Source of the DNA: a candidate division WOR-3 bacterium
GTDB taxonomy: Bacteria > Hydrothermota > Tepidihabitantia > SM23-42 > JAOAFX01
Reading direction: 5' to 3'
DNA: 22,451 nt
Assembly: GCA_037444665.1 (NCBI GenBank)
Contig: JBBILZ010000040.1
Coordinates: 1-22,451, forward strand
Position 1 is the stretch's first letter; the number at the start of each line of letters is the position of its first letter. The translations under genes and the position numbers were made by a program. Below are positions 1-8,142 of the stretch, piece after piece. A model generated the notes under the pieces. That model had not been told where the DNA came from and did not search any database. It saw nothing but the letters and a program-made list of their open reading frames with translations.

Positions 1-259
1 TCCTTGTTCGGTTTTCTGCCTTCATCTCTTTTTCCATATCAATCTGCCTGAGCTCTATTTGAGACCTGAGCGGAATAATAGTCTTTCTTGTATTTATGTT
101 TATATCCTCAATCTTTGCCTTCTGCTCCGGCGTCAAACCAATGTCTTCATGGCACATCATTTCAAACTCTTTTTCTTCACACATTGGTCCCATCTTCTGG
201 GCATAACCCATAGACCCAACCATCATAATTATGGTTAGACCGAGTATTGCTAATTTCAT
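1..259 (-). CDS. Spy/CpxP/ZraP-like periplasmic protein (LTxxQ motif), truncated by the window edge
   Basis: Not in ORF track; translated by hand from ATG at 259: MKLAILGLTIIMMVGSMGYAQKMGPMCEEKEFEMMCHEDIGLTPEQKAKIEDININTRKTIIPLRSQIELRQIDMEKEMKAE... Shows a signal peptide, Met-rich N-terminus, LTPEQ motif and coiled helix; SD AAGGAGG at 270-264. Confidence 0.75.
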   Translation of the reverse strand, partial: MKLAILGLTIIMMVGSMGYAQKMGPMCEEKEFEMMCHEDIGLTPEQKAKIEDININTRKTIIPLRSQIELRQIDMEKEMKAENRTR

Positions 260-328
260 ACAACCTCCTTCTAACTATTTTGACTGCAAATTATTACCAA
301 TGGTTTAAAATCAACTTGATTTAATATT

Positions 329-1456
329 TTAATGGACCGTAGACAACGCTAACTTTTGCCAATAAAATTCCTCAACCCTTTTTGCCACACTCTCCCAGGA
401 ATAACCTTTAACAAATTCTTTCGCATTATTTATCAGACGATTTTTTAGTGCACTATTTTTTAACACAAGAATAATTTTCTGAGCAATCTCTTCTGGATTT
501 CGGGGGTCAAAGAATAGACCATTATACCCATCAGTGATGACACGGTCATAACCCGGAATCCTTGAAGCCAGGACCGGCTTACCTATTGCCATTGCCTCTA
601 ATAAGACAATGCCAAAAGATTCACCACCCAGTGCTGGTGAACAATAGACATCACAGGAAGCATAATAAGAAGGAATTGCATCGCTCTCTGCATAACCCTT
701 GAATATCACCGCATCTGAAAGTCCCAATTCTTTTACTAATTTTCTGCAATCATTCTCAAGCGGTCCTTTACCCACAACAATCAGCAGTGCATCTTTTATT
801 TCCATCTTCACAATCTTCAAGGCATGCAATAACTCAATCAATCCTTTTCGACGGTCAAGCCTGCCCAGGTATAAAATACGATTCTGCTTGCCTTTAAATT
901 CCTCAAGCATTGGCACATCAGGGTGGAATTTCTCCAGGTCAACACCACTGGGGATTATAGCATATTCTCCTGGAATATAAGGCAAAAATGTATCACGCGC
1001 AGTCTCAGAAATCGCAATCAAACCATGGAGTTTTGCTGAGTATCTTTTAAATATCTTTCTAAAAAGATATGAGCCAAAACGGTAATTTTTAAACCCGGTT
1101 GAGTGGAAAGTTGTCACATTTAAAGAATGTGAATAGTGCAGGGCAAAAAATGAGATGCTGGGTGGAAATGGTCCCATAGTATGAATAACATCAAATCTTT
1201 CTTCGTTTAAAAATGCCTTGACCTCAAGTGGAATCTTCCAGCCTACAGATAATGTGGCAAAGGATTTATTCATAGGAATATAGAAAACTCTACCAATACG
1301 AACCACATCCTGCTCTGCCTTCTCTCCTCTATAATGGGTCGTCAGTATCTTTACATAATGTCCAAGCCTTCTTAAATATTTTGCCAGATAATGGGTATAT
1401 TCAGAAACCCCTGATGGATAAGGATAATAAGGGTCAGAAACAAGCCAGATTTTCAT
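329..1456 (-). CDS. GT4 family glycosyltransferase (PimA-like)
   Basis: 375 aa; N-terminal PYYPYPSGV..H, YLGRLDRRKG, and GGESFGIVLLEAMA (ExFGxxxxEA GT4 signature, close to the PimA form). Confidence 0.9.
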   Translation of the reverse strand: MKIWLVSDPYYPYPSGVSEYTHYLAKYLRRLGHYVKILTTHYRGEKAEQDVVRIGRVFYIPMNKSFATLSVGWKIPLEVKAFLNEERFDVIHTMGPFPPSISFFALHYSHSLNVTTFHSTGFKNYRFGSYLFRKIFKRYSAKLHGLIAISETARDTFLPYIPGEYAIIPSGVDLEKFHPDVPMLEEFKGKQNRILYLGRLDRRKGLIELLHALKIVKMEIKDALLIVVGKGPLENDCRKLVKELGLSDAVIFKGYAESDAIPSYYASCDVYCSPALGGESFGIVLLEAMAIGKPVLASRIPGYDRVITDGYNGLFFDPRNPEEIAQKIILVLKNSALKNRLINNAKEFVKGYSWESVAKRVEEFYWQKLALSTVH

Positions 1457-1518
1457 AGGCAGACTATCTAATGTGAATTCTTGCTTTTCAAACGGAGGAC
1501 TGACAATTAAAAAAATCG

Positions 1519-2070
1519 TTACTTTTCTTCAATCCAGACCTTTTCCATTATCACATCATTTAAGGGACGGTCAAAAGGAGGGCCTGAAGTAGGCACACTG
1601 CCGATTTTTTCTACAACATCCATACCACTCACCACTTCTCCAATTATAGTATACTTTCCATCCAGCCTGGGCTGAGGTTCAAGACAAATATAGAACTGTG
1701 AACCATTTGTATTGGGTCCACGATTTGCCATTGCTACTGTTCCCTTGAGATGTTTTAATTTGGGTGAAATCTCATCCTGGATTTCATATCCCGGGTCTCC
1801 GGTTCCATCACCGACCGGGCATCCGCCCTGAATTACAAACCCCTTAATTATCCTGTGAAATTTAAGCCCATTATAAAAACCTTTATTTGTTAACTCTATG
1901 ATATTTTTCACATTCTTTGGTGCTTCTTCTGGATACAATTTGATTACAATATTTCCATAATCCTTCACACTAATGTTCATATAAGGATATTTTTTTATTT
2001 CAACATTTTTATTTGTTTTCTGCCCACCGCATGCCAGAAACAATAATCCAATCATCAATATCATTTTCAT
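1519..2070 (-). CDS. Cyclophilin-type peptidyl-prolyl cis-trans isomerase, predicted lipoprotein
   Basis: FYNGLKFHRIIKGFVIQGG, GTVAMAN.GPNTNGSQFYI, LDGKYTIIGEV; signal peptide ending in FLAC-G lipobox. Confidence 0.93.
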   Translation of the reverse strand: MKMILMIGLLFLACGGQKTNKNVEIKKYPYMNISVKDYGNIVIKLYPEEAPKNVKNIIELTNKGFYNGLKFHRIIKGFVIQGGCPVGDGTGDPGYEIQDEISPKLKHLKGTVAMANRGPNTNGSQFYICLEPQPRLDGKYTIIGEVVSGMDVVEKIGSVPTSGPPFDRPLNDVIMEKVWIEEK

Positions 2071-2088
2071 AAAAACCCCCTTTTAGAA

Positions 2089-2116
2089 ATTATAATCAAG
2101 AAATGGAAAAAGTAAA
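2089..2116 (-). promoter_or_regulatory. sigma70-like promoter for the cyclophilin gene
   Basis: Minus strand TTTACT (2116-2111), 16-bp spacer, TATAAT (2094-2089); G-rich SD (AAGGGGG) before ATG at 2070. Confidence 0.6.
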
Positions 2117-2175
2117 TAGTATTATAAAAAATTACATCAAGTAGCTGAGATTATCCCTGATTTGCAAACACCGCA

Positions 2176-2203
2176 TTGACAAACCGCAAAAAAAGAATAT
2201 AAT
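2176..2203 (+). promoter_or_regulatory. sigma70 promoter of rpsA operon
   Basis: Perfect TTGACA (2176-2181), 16-bp spacer, TATAAT (2198-2203); SD GGAGG at 2231-2235. Confidence 0.85.
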
Positions 2204-2247
2204 AGGTCTGGAATGGCAAAAACATTCCAGGGAGGTTTTTATTAATA

Positions 2248-3918
2248 ATGAACGGTCATTCTAATGAAGAAATAAGCAAATTATTAGAAAAAAGTTATGT
2301 TACCCATAAAGAGGGTGACATAATAAAGGCGATGATTATAAAGCGCACAAAAAATGGTGTGCTCTTAAATCTGGGATTAAAGGCTGAGGGTTTTTTACCC
2401 TATGAGGAATTTTCTGAACCCGAAGAAGCAGCAGAAGGTAAAGAAATTTATGTGTTTCTTGAGGCATTTGAGAACCGTGAAGGTTTTCCAGTAATTTCAA
2501 AAAAGAAAGCAGATTTTCAATTAGCCTGGGATAAAATTAAACACCTTTACGAAAACGGCGAAATTGCCCAGGCAATAATTCGCAAACGGATAAAGGGTGG
2601 GTTTACAATAGACCTTATGGGTGTTGAGGCTTTTTTACCCAGTTCGCAGATAGACTTTAAACCACAGACAAACCCTGATTCATTGATTGGACAGAAGATT
2701 GGCGTAAAGATTGTAAAGATAAATATGCTGCGCAAGAATATTGTTGTTTCAAGAAAACTCGCAGCTGAAGCAGAGCAGGAAGAGTTTCGTAAACGGATAT
2801 TTGCCAAACTCAAGGTGAATGATATTATTGAAGGGACAGTTCGTAATATTACAGATTATGGTGCATTTATTGACATTGGTGGAGCAGATGCATTACTGCA
2901 CATAAGCGATATGTCCTGGACAAAGTTGACACACCCCGGAGAAGCAGTAAAATTGAACGAAAAAATAAAAGTAAAGATCCTTTCAATGGATAAAACTACC
3001 GGGAGAATTTCTGTAGGTTTAAAACAATTGACCCCGCACCCATATGAGGCGATAGAGAAAAAATATCCATCCGGTACTCTAATTAAAGGGAAGATAGTAA
3101 ATATTGTTGAATACGGCGCATTCGTTGAGCTGGAAAAAGATATACAGGGCTTTGTTCATATCTCTGATATGTCCTGGTCAAAAGACATAAAAGACCCCAA
3201 TGCGTTATTTAAAGTAGGTGATATTGTTGAGGTAGTTGTCCTTTCTGTGGACCGCGACGAGCGTAAAATCTATCTGGGTATGAAACAGGCACAACCAGAC
3301 CCCTGGTCAGTCGTTGATGAAAAATATCAGATTGGTCAGAAGGTTACTGTAAAAATAACAAATCTAAAAGATTTTGGTGCCTTTGTCAGATTGCCCGATG
3401 GCATTGATGGACTGATTCACATCAACGATTTCTTCTGGGATAAAAAAGTTACCAAGGCATCAGACTATCTTAAAAAAGGACAGAAGATTGATGCAGTTAT
3501 CCGCTCAATTGACCGCAAGAACAGAAAAATTTCATTGAGCATAAAGCATCTTCAGGAAGACCCTTTTGTTAAATTAATGGAAAAATACCCGGAAAATTCA
3601 GAGATAACAGGCAAGGTCAGTGATATTCTGCCGCGTGGCTTACGGGTTATGCTGGAAGGAAATTTTGAAGAGTTTATTCCCACAAAATATCTGGATAGCA
3701 AAAGCAAAAAACTAAAGGATATATACAAAATTGATGATGAACTGGAATTGGTAATAAAAAAATATAGAACAAAATTACGTCGCATTATCCTTACAGAAAA
3801 AGGATTAAGCAAACCAGCTCCCAAAAAGAAAGAAGAAGTTAAACCTGCGCCAGACAAATTTACGCTTGGCGATATTATTGGCACCCAGACAAAAGATATT
3901 ATAAAAAATAAAGAATAA
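2248..3918 (+). CDS. rpsA: 30S ribosomal protein S1
   Basis: 556 aa with repeated S1 domains (AFLPSSQID, ITDYGAFIDIGGADALLHISDMSW, YGAFVELEKDIQGFVHISDMSW, FGAFVRLPDGIDGLIHI); sixth repeat degenerate; C-terminal FTLGD motif. Confidence 0.95.
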   Translation: MNGHSNEEISKLLEKSYVTHKEGDIIKAMIIKRTKNGVLLNLGLKAEGFLPYEEFSEPEEAAEGKEIYVFLEAFENREGFPVISKKKADFQLAWDKIKHLYENGEIAQAIIRKRIKGGFTIDLMGVEAFLPSSQIDFKPQTNPDSLIGQKIGVKIVKINMLRKNIVVSRKLAAEAEQEEFRKRIFAKLKVNDIIEGTVRNITDYGAFIDIGGADALLHISDMSWTKLTHPGEAVKLNEKIKVKILSMDKTTGRISVGLKQLTPHPYEAIEKKYPSGTLIKGKIVNIVEYGAFVELEKDIQGFVHISDMSWSKDIKDPNALFKVGDIVEVVVLSVDRDERKIYLGMKQAQPDPWSVVDEKYQIGQKVTVKITNLKDFGAFVRLPDGIDGLIHINDFFWDKKVTKASDYLKKGQKIDAVIRSIDRKNRKISLSIKHLQEDPFVKLMEKYPENSEITGKVSDILPRGLRVMLEGNFEEFIPTKYLDSKSKKLKDIYKIDDELELVIKKYRTKLRRIILTEKGLSKPAPKKKEEVKPAPDKFTLGDIIGTQTKDIIKNKE

Positions 3919-3937
3919 CTTTTAGCAGGCAAAAAGG

Positions 3938-5089
3938 TTGTCAATCCTCTGCAACATTGGTTGTAAGTTAAATCAGTACGAAGGCTACTGTTTGCATGAA
4001 AAACTTCGCACAGAAAGCAGGGTAGTAATTGTCAATACCTGTTGTGTAACGCACGAAGCTGAAGTCAAATCATTAAAAAAATTTCGGCAGGCAAAAAATT
4101 TATACCCCGGTCACAAAATCATTGTCACCGGATGCCTTGCCCAGTTAAAACCCGAACTTTTTAATAAGTATCAGGTCATTCGTCTTGAGGAACGCAATGA
4201 AATAATAAGAGAAACCTTCCCCTTACCTGATAAATCAAGATACTTTCTTAAAATTGAAGATGGGTGTAACCAACCCTGCACTTTCTGCGTTGTTTCCAGA
4301 TTACGGAAAAATATTGTGAGTAAACCTGTGGAAAAAATCAAACAGGAAATCATCTGGGCGTATGATAATAGATTCAAAGAGATTGTTCTTGTTGGTGCTA
4401 ATATTGGTTTATACGGACTTGACCTTGACATATCACTTATTCAATTAATCAAGGTTATTTCAAAAATGGAAAACCTGCCACGAATCAGGTTATCTTCTTT
4501 AGAGCCGAAATTTATAAACTCTGAATTGATTGCCGCACTCAAAGACCTGCCGTTTTGCCGACACTTCCATATACCAATCCAGAGCAGCGACGACAAAATT
4601 ATTCAACTTATGGGGCGTTCTTACCGGCGACAAGATTTGATAAACATTTTTGAACTCATCATAAAAAATTTCTATGATGTTGCAATTGGTGCTGATGTTA
4701 TTGTTGGATTTCCTGAAGAGACTGAGTTTGAATTTAATAATACTTATGATTTAATAAAATCATCTCCACTCACCCATTTACACATTTTCCCATATTCACC
4801 AAGACCCATAACCCCGATCTACAGACTGGGTGACACAGTCCCTTTAACTGAAAAAAAGAGAAGATTGTGGACTTTAAAACAGCTGATTGCAGAAAAAAAT
4901 TATCTGTTCAGATGCAGTCAGAAAAATAAAATTGTCAAGGTGATAATTGAGAAAAAAAATAATATAGTTACAGGCTTGACCGATAACTACCTCCGTGTGA
5001 ATATAGATGGGCAATATTCGGAAAAAGAATTGTTAAATGTAAAAATTGTAAAAGTTACACAAAAAGAAGTTTTCGGTATGGTCGTATAG
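3938..5089 (+). CDS. mtaB: tRNA methylthiotransferase, MtaB-like (radical SAM)
   Basis: UPF0004 cysteines (GCKLNQYE, NTCCVT, TGC), radical SAM CNQPCTFC, RIRLSSLEP, HLHIFPYSPR, TRAM-like end (GLTDNYLRV). TTG start, with an in-frame TAG at 3923 just upstream. Confidence 0.82.
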   Translation: MSILCNIGCKLNQYEGYCLHEKLRTESRVVIVNTCCVTHEAEVKSLKKFRQAKNLYPGHKIIVTGCLAQLKPELFNKYQVIRLEERNEIIRETFPLPDKSRYFLKIEDGCNQPCTFCVVSRLRKNIVSKPVEKIKQEIIWAYDNRFKEIVLVGANIGLYGLDLDISLIQLIKVISKMENLPRIRLSSLEPKFINSELIAALKDLPFCRHFHIPIQSSDDKIIQLMGRSYRRQDLINIFELIIKNFYDVAIGADVIVGFPEETEFEFNNTYDLIKSSPLTHLHIFPYSPRPITPIYRLGDTVPLTEKKRRLWTLKQLIAEKNYLFRCSQKNKIVKVIIEKKNNIVTGLTDNYLRVNIDGQYSEKELLNVKIVKVTQKEVFGMVV

Positions 5090-5092
5090 AAT

Positions 5093-6370
5093 ATGTACAG
5101 ATTCTATATCAAAACCTTCGGTTGTCAAATGAACAAAAATGATTCCGATTTGATACAAGCAATACTACTTGAGGAAAACTATATTCCTGTAAAAAATACT
5201 AAAGAGGCAGACATAGTCTTAATCAATACCTGCTCTGTAAGGGAGCATGCTGAACAAAGGGCACTCGGTTATATTTCAACTTTAAAAAAATGGCGTATGC
5301 AAAATGGAATAGCACTCGGTGTGATTGGATGTATGGCAAAACATCTTGAAAATAAAATTATTAATAAATTTCCATTTGTTGATTTTATTCTCGGGCCTGA
5401 TTCATATCGTAAAATACCTGAATATCTTAAATTAATTACGCATCAAAGAACAAAGGTCATTGATACAACTGTGGGCACAGAATTATACGAAGGTATCTGC
5501 AGAAATTCAAATAAGGTAGCAGATTTTGTTTCAATAACCCGTGGTTGTAGTAATTACTGTTCGTATTGCATAGTCCCTTTTGTGCGTGGCGAATTGCGTT
5601 CAAGACCGGTTGAAGATATTTTAAATGAAGTGGCACACCTTGTAGGTTCAGGTGTGAAAGATATCACCCTTTTAGGTCAGAATGTGAATGAATATTCTTA
5701 TAAAGGAATAAATTTCCCTGAACTTCTAAAACTCATTGCCCAAAAGAGCGGCGTGTTCAGATTGAGATTTCTCACTTCACATCCCAAGGACTTTGATGAA
5801 GAAACAATAAATGTAGTAAAAGAGAACAAAAACATCTGTGAGTGGTTTCACCTACCTTTGCAATCAGGAAATAATAGAATATTGAAATTAATGAACAGAA
5901 AATATACAAAGGAAAGTTACATAGAACTCATAGAAAAAATTAGAAAATATATTCCTTTTGCAACTGTCACAACAGACATAATCGCTGGTTTTCCAACTGA
6001 AACTGAACAAGAATTTTGTGAAACGATTGAAGTCGTGAAAAAAATTGAATTTGATGATGCCTATATGTATCGTTATTCAATCCGTCCCGGGACAAAGGCA
6101 AGCGAATTCCAGCCGCTGACCGAAAAAATCATAAAAGAGCGGCTAAGAATCCTCATTGATATTCAGAACCAGATTGTCATAAAAAAAACAGAACAGATGA
6201 TTGGTAAGACTTACGAGGTTCTGTTTGAAGGAGAGGCAGAAAATGGTACAAGAGGCAAGACCCGGGGAAACAAGGATGTCATTGTAGAAAATGCGATTCC
6301 ATCTGGTTCAGTAAAGAATATTTTAATAACAAAGGTGCGGGGCAGGACCCCCATCGGTAAAATAGTTTGA
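5093..6370 (+). CDS. miaB: tRNA (i6A37) methylthiotransferase MiaB
   Basis: TFGCQMN..DS, NTCSVREHAE, GCSNYCSYCIVPFVRGE.RSR, LLGQNVN, RLRFLTSHP, C-terminal TRAM domain. Confidence 0.93.
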   Translation: MYRFYIKTFGCQMNKNDSDLIQAILLEENYIPVKNTKEADIVLINTCSVREHAEQRALGYISTLKKWRMQNGIALGVIGCMAKHLENKIINKFPFVDFILGPDSYRKIPEYLKLITHQRTKVIDTTVGTELYEGICRNSNKVADFVSITRGCSNYCSYCIVPFVRGELRSRPVEDILNEVAHLVGSGVKDITLLGQNVNEYSYKGINFPELLKLIAQKSGVFRLRFLTSHPKDFDEETINVVKENKNICEWFHLPLQSGNNRILKLMNRKYTKESYIELIEKIRKYIPFATVTTDIIAGFPTETEQEFCETIEVVKKIEFDDAYMYRYSIRPGTKASEFQPLTEKIIKERLRILIDIQNQIVIKKTEQMIGKTYEVLFEGEAENGTRGKTRGNKDVIVENAIPSGSVKNILITKVRGRTPIGKIV

Positions 6371-6393
6371 AAAATATGGAACCTATCGCTGTC

Positions 6394-6421
6394 TTGACTT
6401 TTCTTTTATTTTCATTATTCT
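6394..6421 (+). promoter_or_regulatory. sigma70-like promoter of pcm (predicted leaderless transcript)
   Basis: TTGACT (6394-6399), 16 bp, TATTCT (6416-6421); GTG start follows 6 nt later with no SD. Confidence 0.65.
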
Positions 6422-6427
6422 ATTTAA

Positions 6428-7093
6428 GTGATTGAGGTTAAAGAATGGCGTCTGGAAAGGGAGCGAATGGTTCAGGAACAAATCATTGCACGGGGCATTA
6501 AAGACGAGCGGGTGATTGATGCAATGTTGCGTGTGCCAAGACATCTATTTGTTGATAAAACTTATTATCATCAGGCATATAATGATTACCCACTGCCGAT
6601 TGGCTGCAGCCAGACAATATCCCAGCCCTATATGGTAGCAGTGATGACCGAATTGCTTGAATTAAAGGGGAATGAATCGGTTCTTGAAATCGGCACTGGT
6701 TCAGGTTATCAGGCAGCAGTCCTTGCCCTGCTCTGTGCCAGGGTCTTTACAATTGAGAGAATTTCTGAACTGAGTTTCCGTGCACGAAAAATTCTTTCTG
6801 AGCTTGGTTTTAACAACATAAATTTTCTGGTCGGTGATGGAAGTCTTGGCTGGCCTGAGTTCGCACCCTATGATGGTATCATTGTAACTGCTGGTGCACC
6901 AGAAATGCCCAGACAATTGGTTAACCAATTAACAGATAAAGGGAAAATGGTGATACCGATTGGCGGTGAATATTTTCAGACTTTGAATGTTATTAAAAAA
7001 CACAGGGGTTCTATTCTGCGTAAGCAACTTTTTGATTGCTCATTCGTGCCTCTGCTTGGTAAAGAAGGCTGGAATAATAATTCTGGAGTATGA
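6428..7093 (+). CDS. pcm: Protein-L-isoaspartate(D-aspartate) O-methyltransferase
   Basis: VPRHLFV, QTISQPYMVA, VLEIGTGSGYQAAVLA, GDGSLGWPEFAPYD.IIVTA, FVPL.G. Confidence 0.95.
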   Translation: MIEVKEWRLERERMVQEQIIARGIKDERVIDAMLRVPRHLFVDKTYYHQAYNDYPLPIGCSQTISQPYMVAVMTELLELKGNESVLEIGTGSGYQAAVLALLCARVFTIERISELSFRARKILSELGFNNINFLVGDGSLGWPEFAPYDGIIVTAGAPEMPRQLVNQLTDKGKMVIPIGGEYFQTLNVIKKHRGSILRKQLFDCSFVPLLGKEGWNNNSGV

Positions 7094-7150
7094 TAGTTTA
7101 TATTATCGTGAAAGTGGATGCGGAATTTAATCTGATAAGGCAAAACCTTG

Positions 7151-7224
7151 CGGGGTGTAGCGCAGTGGTTCAGCGCGCATGGTTCGGGACCATGAGGTCG
7201 TGGGTTCAAATCCCACCGCCCCGA
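7151..7224 (+). tRNA. tRNA-Pro (anticodon CGG), CCA not encoded
   Basis: Acceptor stem CGGGGTG/CGCCCCG, D stem GCGC/GCGC, anticodon stem CATGG/CCATG with loop TTCGGGA (CGG at 7185-7187), T stem GTGGG/CCCAC with loop TTCAAAT, discriminator A. Confidence 0.95.
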
Positions 7225-7236
7225 AATAAATAAGGA

Positions 7237-7352
7237 AGGTCGTGGGTTTTCCGTTTCTATCATTAAAAAATACTATTATATTTTTAAGGAAACGGAATCC
7301 TCGTTCCGCTCACAACAGGAGCGGAACGGGACAAATCCCACCGCCCCGAAAT
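7237..7352 (+). repeat. Duplicated 3' portion of tRNA-Pro interrupted by an 83-bp palindromic insert
   Basis: 7237-7248 is identical to 7195-7206 (AGGTCGTGGGTT) and 7332-7352 is identical to 7207-7227 (CAAATCCCACCGCCCCGAAAT). The intervening 7249-7331 forms two hairpins. Confidence 0.85.
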
Positions 7353-7358
7353 TAAAAG

Positions 7359-7820
7359 ATGATAAATAAAACAATTATTGCAGTAATTGGTGGAGCAGAA
7401 ACAACTCAAAAAAACCTCAACATTGCCGAAGAAGTTGGTGCCTTACTTGCAAATAATGGCGCAATTGTAATAACCGGTGGTCTTGGTGGCGTAATGGAAG
7501 CAGCATCAAGAGGTGCAAAGCAAGCAGGTGGACTTGTAATCGGTATCTTGCCCGGTACTGATAAGCGTATGGCAAACGAATATGTTGATATTCCCATTGT
7601 TACGGGTATGAACCAGGCACGCAACATTATCATTGCCCGCACTTGTGATTGTGCCATTGCAATTGATGGAAAATACGGAACACTCTCAGAAATCGCATAC
7701 TGTTTAATGTTCAATGTTCCAGTGATTGGTATCAACACCTGGGATATTGATGCACCAATAATCAAGGCAAAATCGGCAAAAGAAGCAGTGGCAAAGGCAT
7801 TTGAGGTAATTGAGCATTGA
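7359..7820 (+). CDS. TIGR00725/LOG-SLOG family Rossmann-fold protein
   Basis: IAVIGG, ITGGLGGVMEAASRGA, IGILPG, TGMNQARNIII, GKYGTLSEI. Confidence 0.88.
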   Translation: MINKTIIAVIGGAETTQKNLNIAEEVGALLANNGAIVITGGLGGVMEAASRGAKQAGGLVIGILPGTDKRMANEYVDIPIVTGMNQARNIIIARTCDCAIAIDGKYGTLSEIAYCLMFNVPVIGINTWDIDAPIIKAKSAKEAVAKAFEVIEH

Positions 7821-7835
7821 AAACGGAGCAATTGT

Positions 7836-8105
7836 ATGCATGCTGAAATCATAGTCCAGGGCGTGGTGCAGGGAGTGGGTTATAGATATTTTGCTATGCA
7901 CAAGGCAAAGGAATATGGCATCACTGGTTATGTTCAGAATCTTCCTGATGGAAATGTATTGGTGGTTGCCGAAGGTGAAAAAGGTGTACTCAATGATTTT
8001 ATAAAAGAATTGAAAATAGGACCCGCCTCAGCCCATGTTACAAAGATTGACATTGAATTTTCAGAAAATATGACAGGATACAAAAATTTCAGTGTCAAAT
8101 TTTAG
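7836..8105 (+). CDS. acyP: Acylphosphatase
   Basis: 89 aa; VQGVVQGVGYR, GYVQNLPDGNV..VAEG, GP..A.V. Confidence 0.93.
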   Translation: MHAEIIVQGVVQGVGYRYFAMHKAKEYGITGYVQNLPDGNVLVVAEGEKGVLNDFIKELKIGPASAHVTKIDIEFSENMTGYKNFSVKF

Positions 8106-8142
8106 TATTAAAATAATGGTCAAAATCCCTTAAGGAGGAAAC

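Noticed and set aside
1..30. Possible 1-nt deletion in the A-run (reads AENRTR; one more A would give AEKPNK, more typical of Spy/ZraP-like proteins)
   Set aside because: It lies at the window edge with no downstream sequence to test the frame; a contig-end error is as likely as biology.
285..300. sigma54-like TTGG...TTGCA on the minus strand upstream of the Spy-like gene
   Set aside because: GG-to-GC spacing is 9 nt rather than the strict 10, and the TGGCAC core is not matched.
1457..1491. Possible leaderless promoter for the GT4 gene (TTGAAA, 17 bp, GATAGT on minus strand)
   Set aside because: Poor -10 match; too weak to call and excluded from the promoter count.
6976..7263. 95-aa minus-strand ORF
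   Set aside because: Antisense shadow of pcm and the tRNA; GRWDLNPRP is the typical reverse-tRNA translation.
7298..7331. Strong hairpin as an intrinsic terminator after the tRNA
   Set aside because: No U-tract on either strand, and it is embedded in the interrupted tRNA duplicate.
8047..8074. TTGACA-16-TATGAC inside acyP as a promoter for the protease cassette
   Set aside because: The -10 lacks the conserved final T and lies in coding sequence; unsupported.
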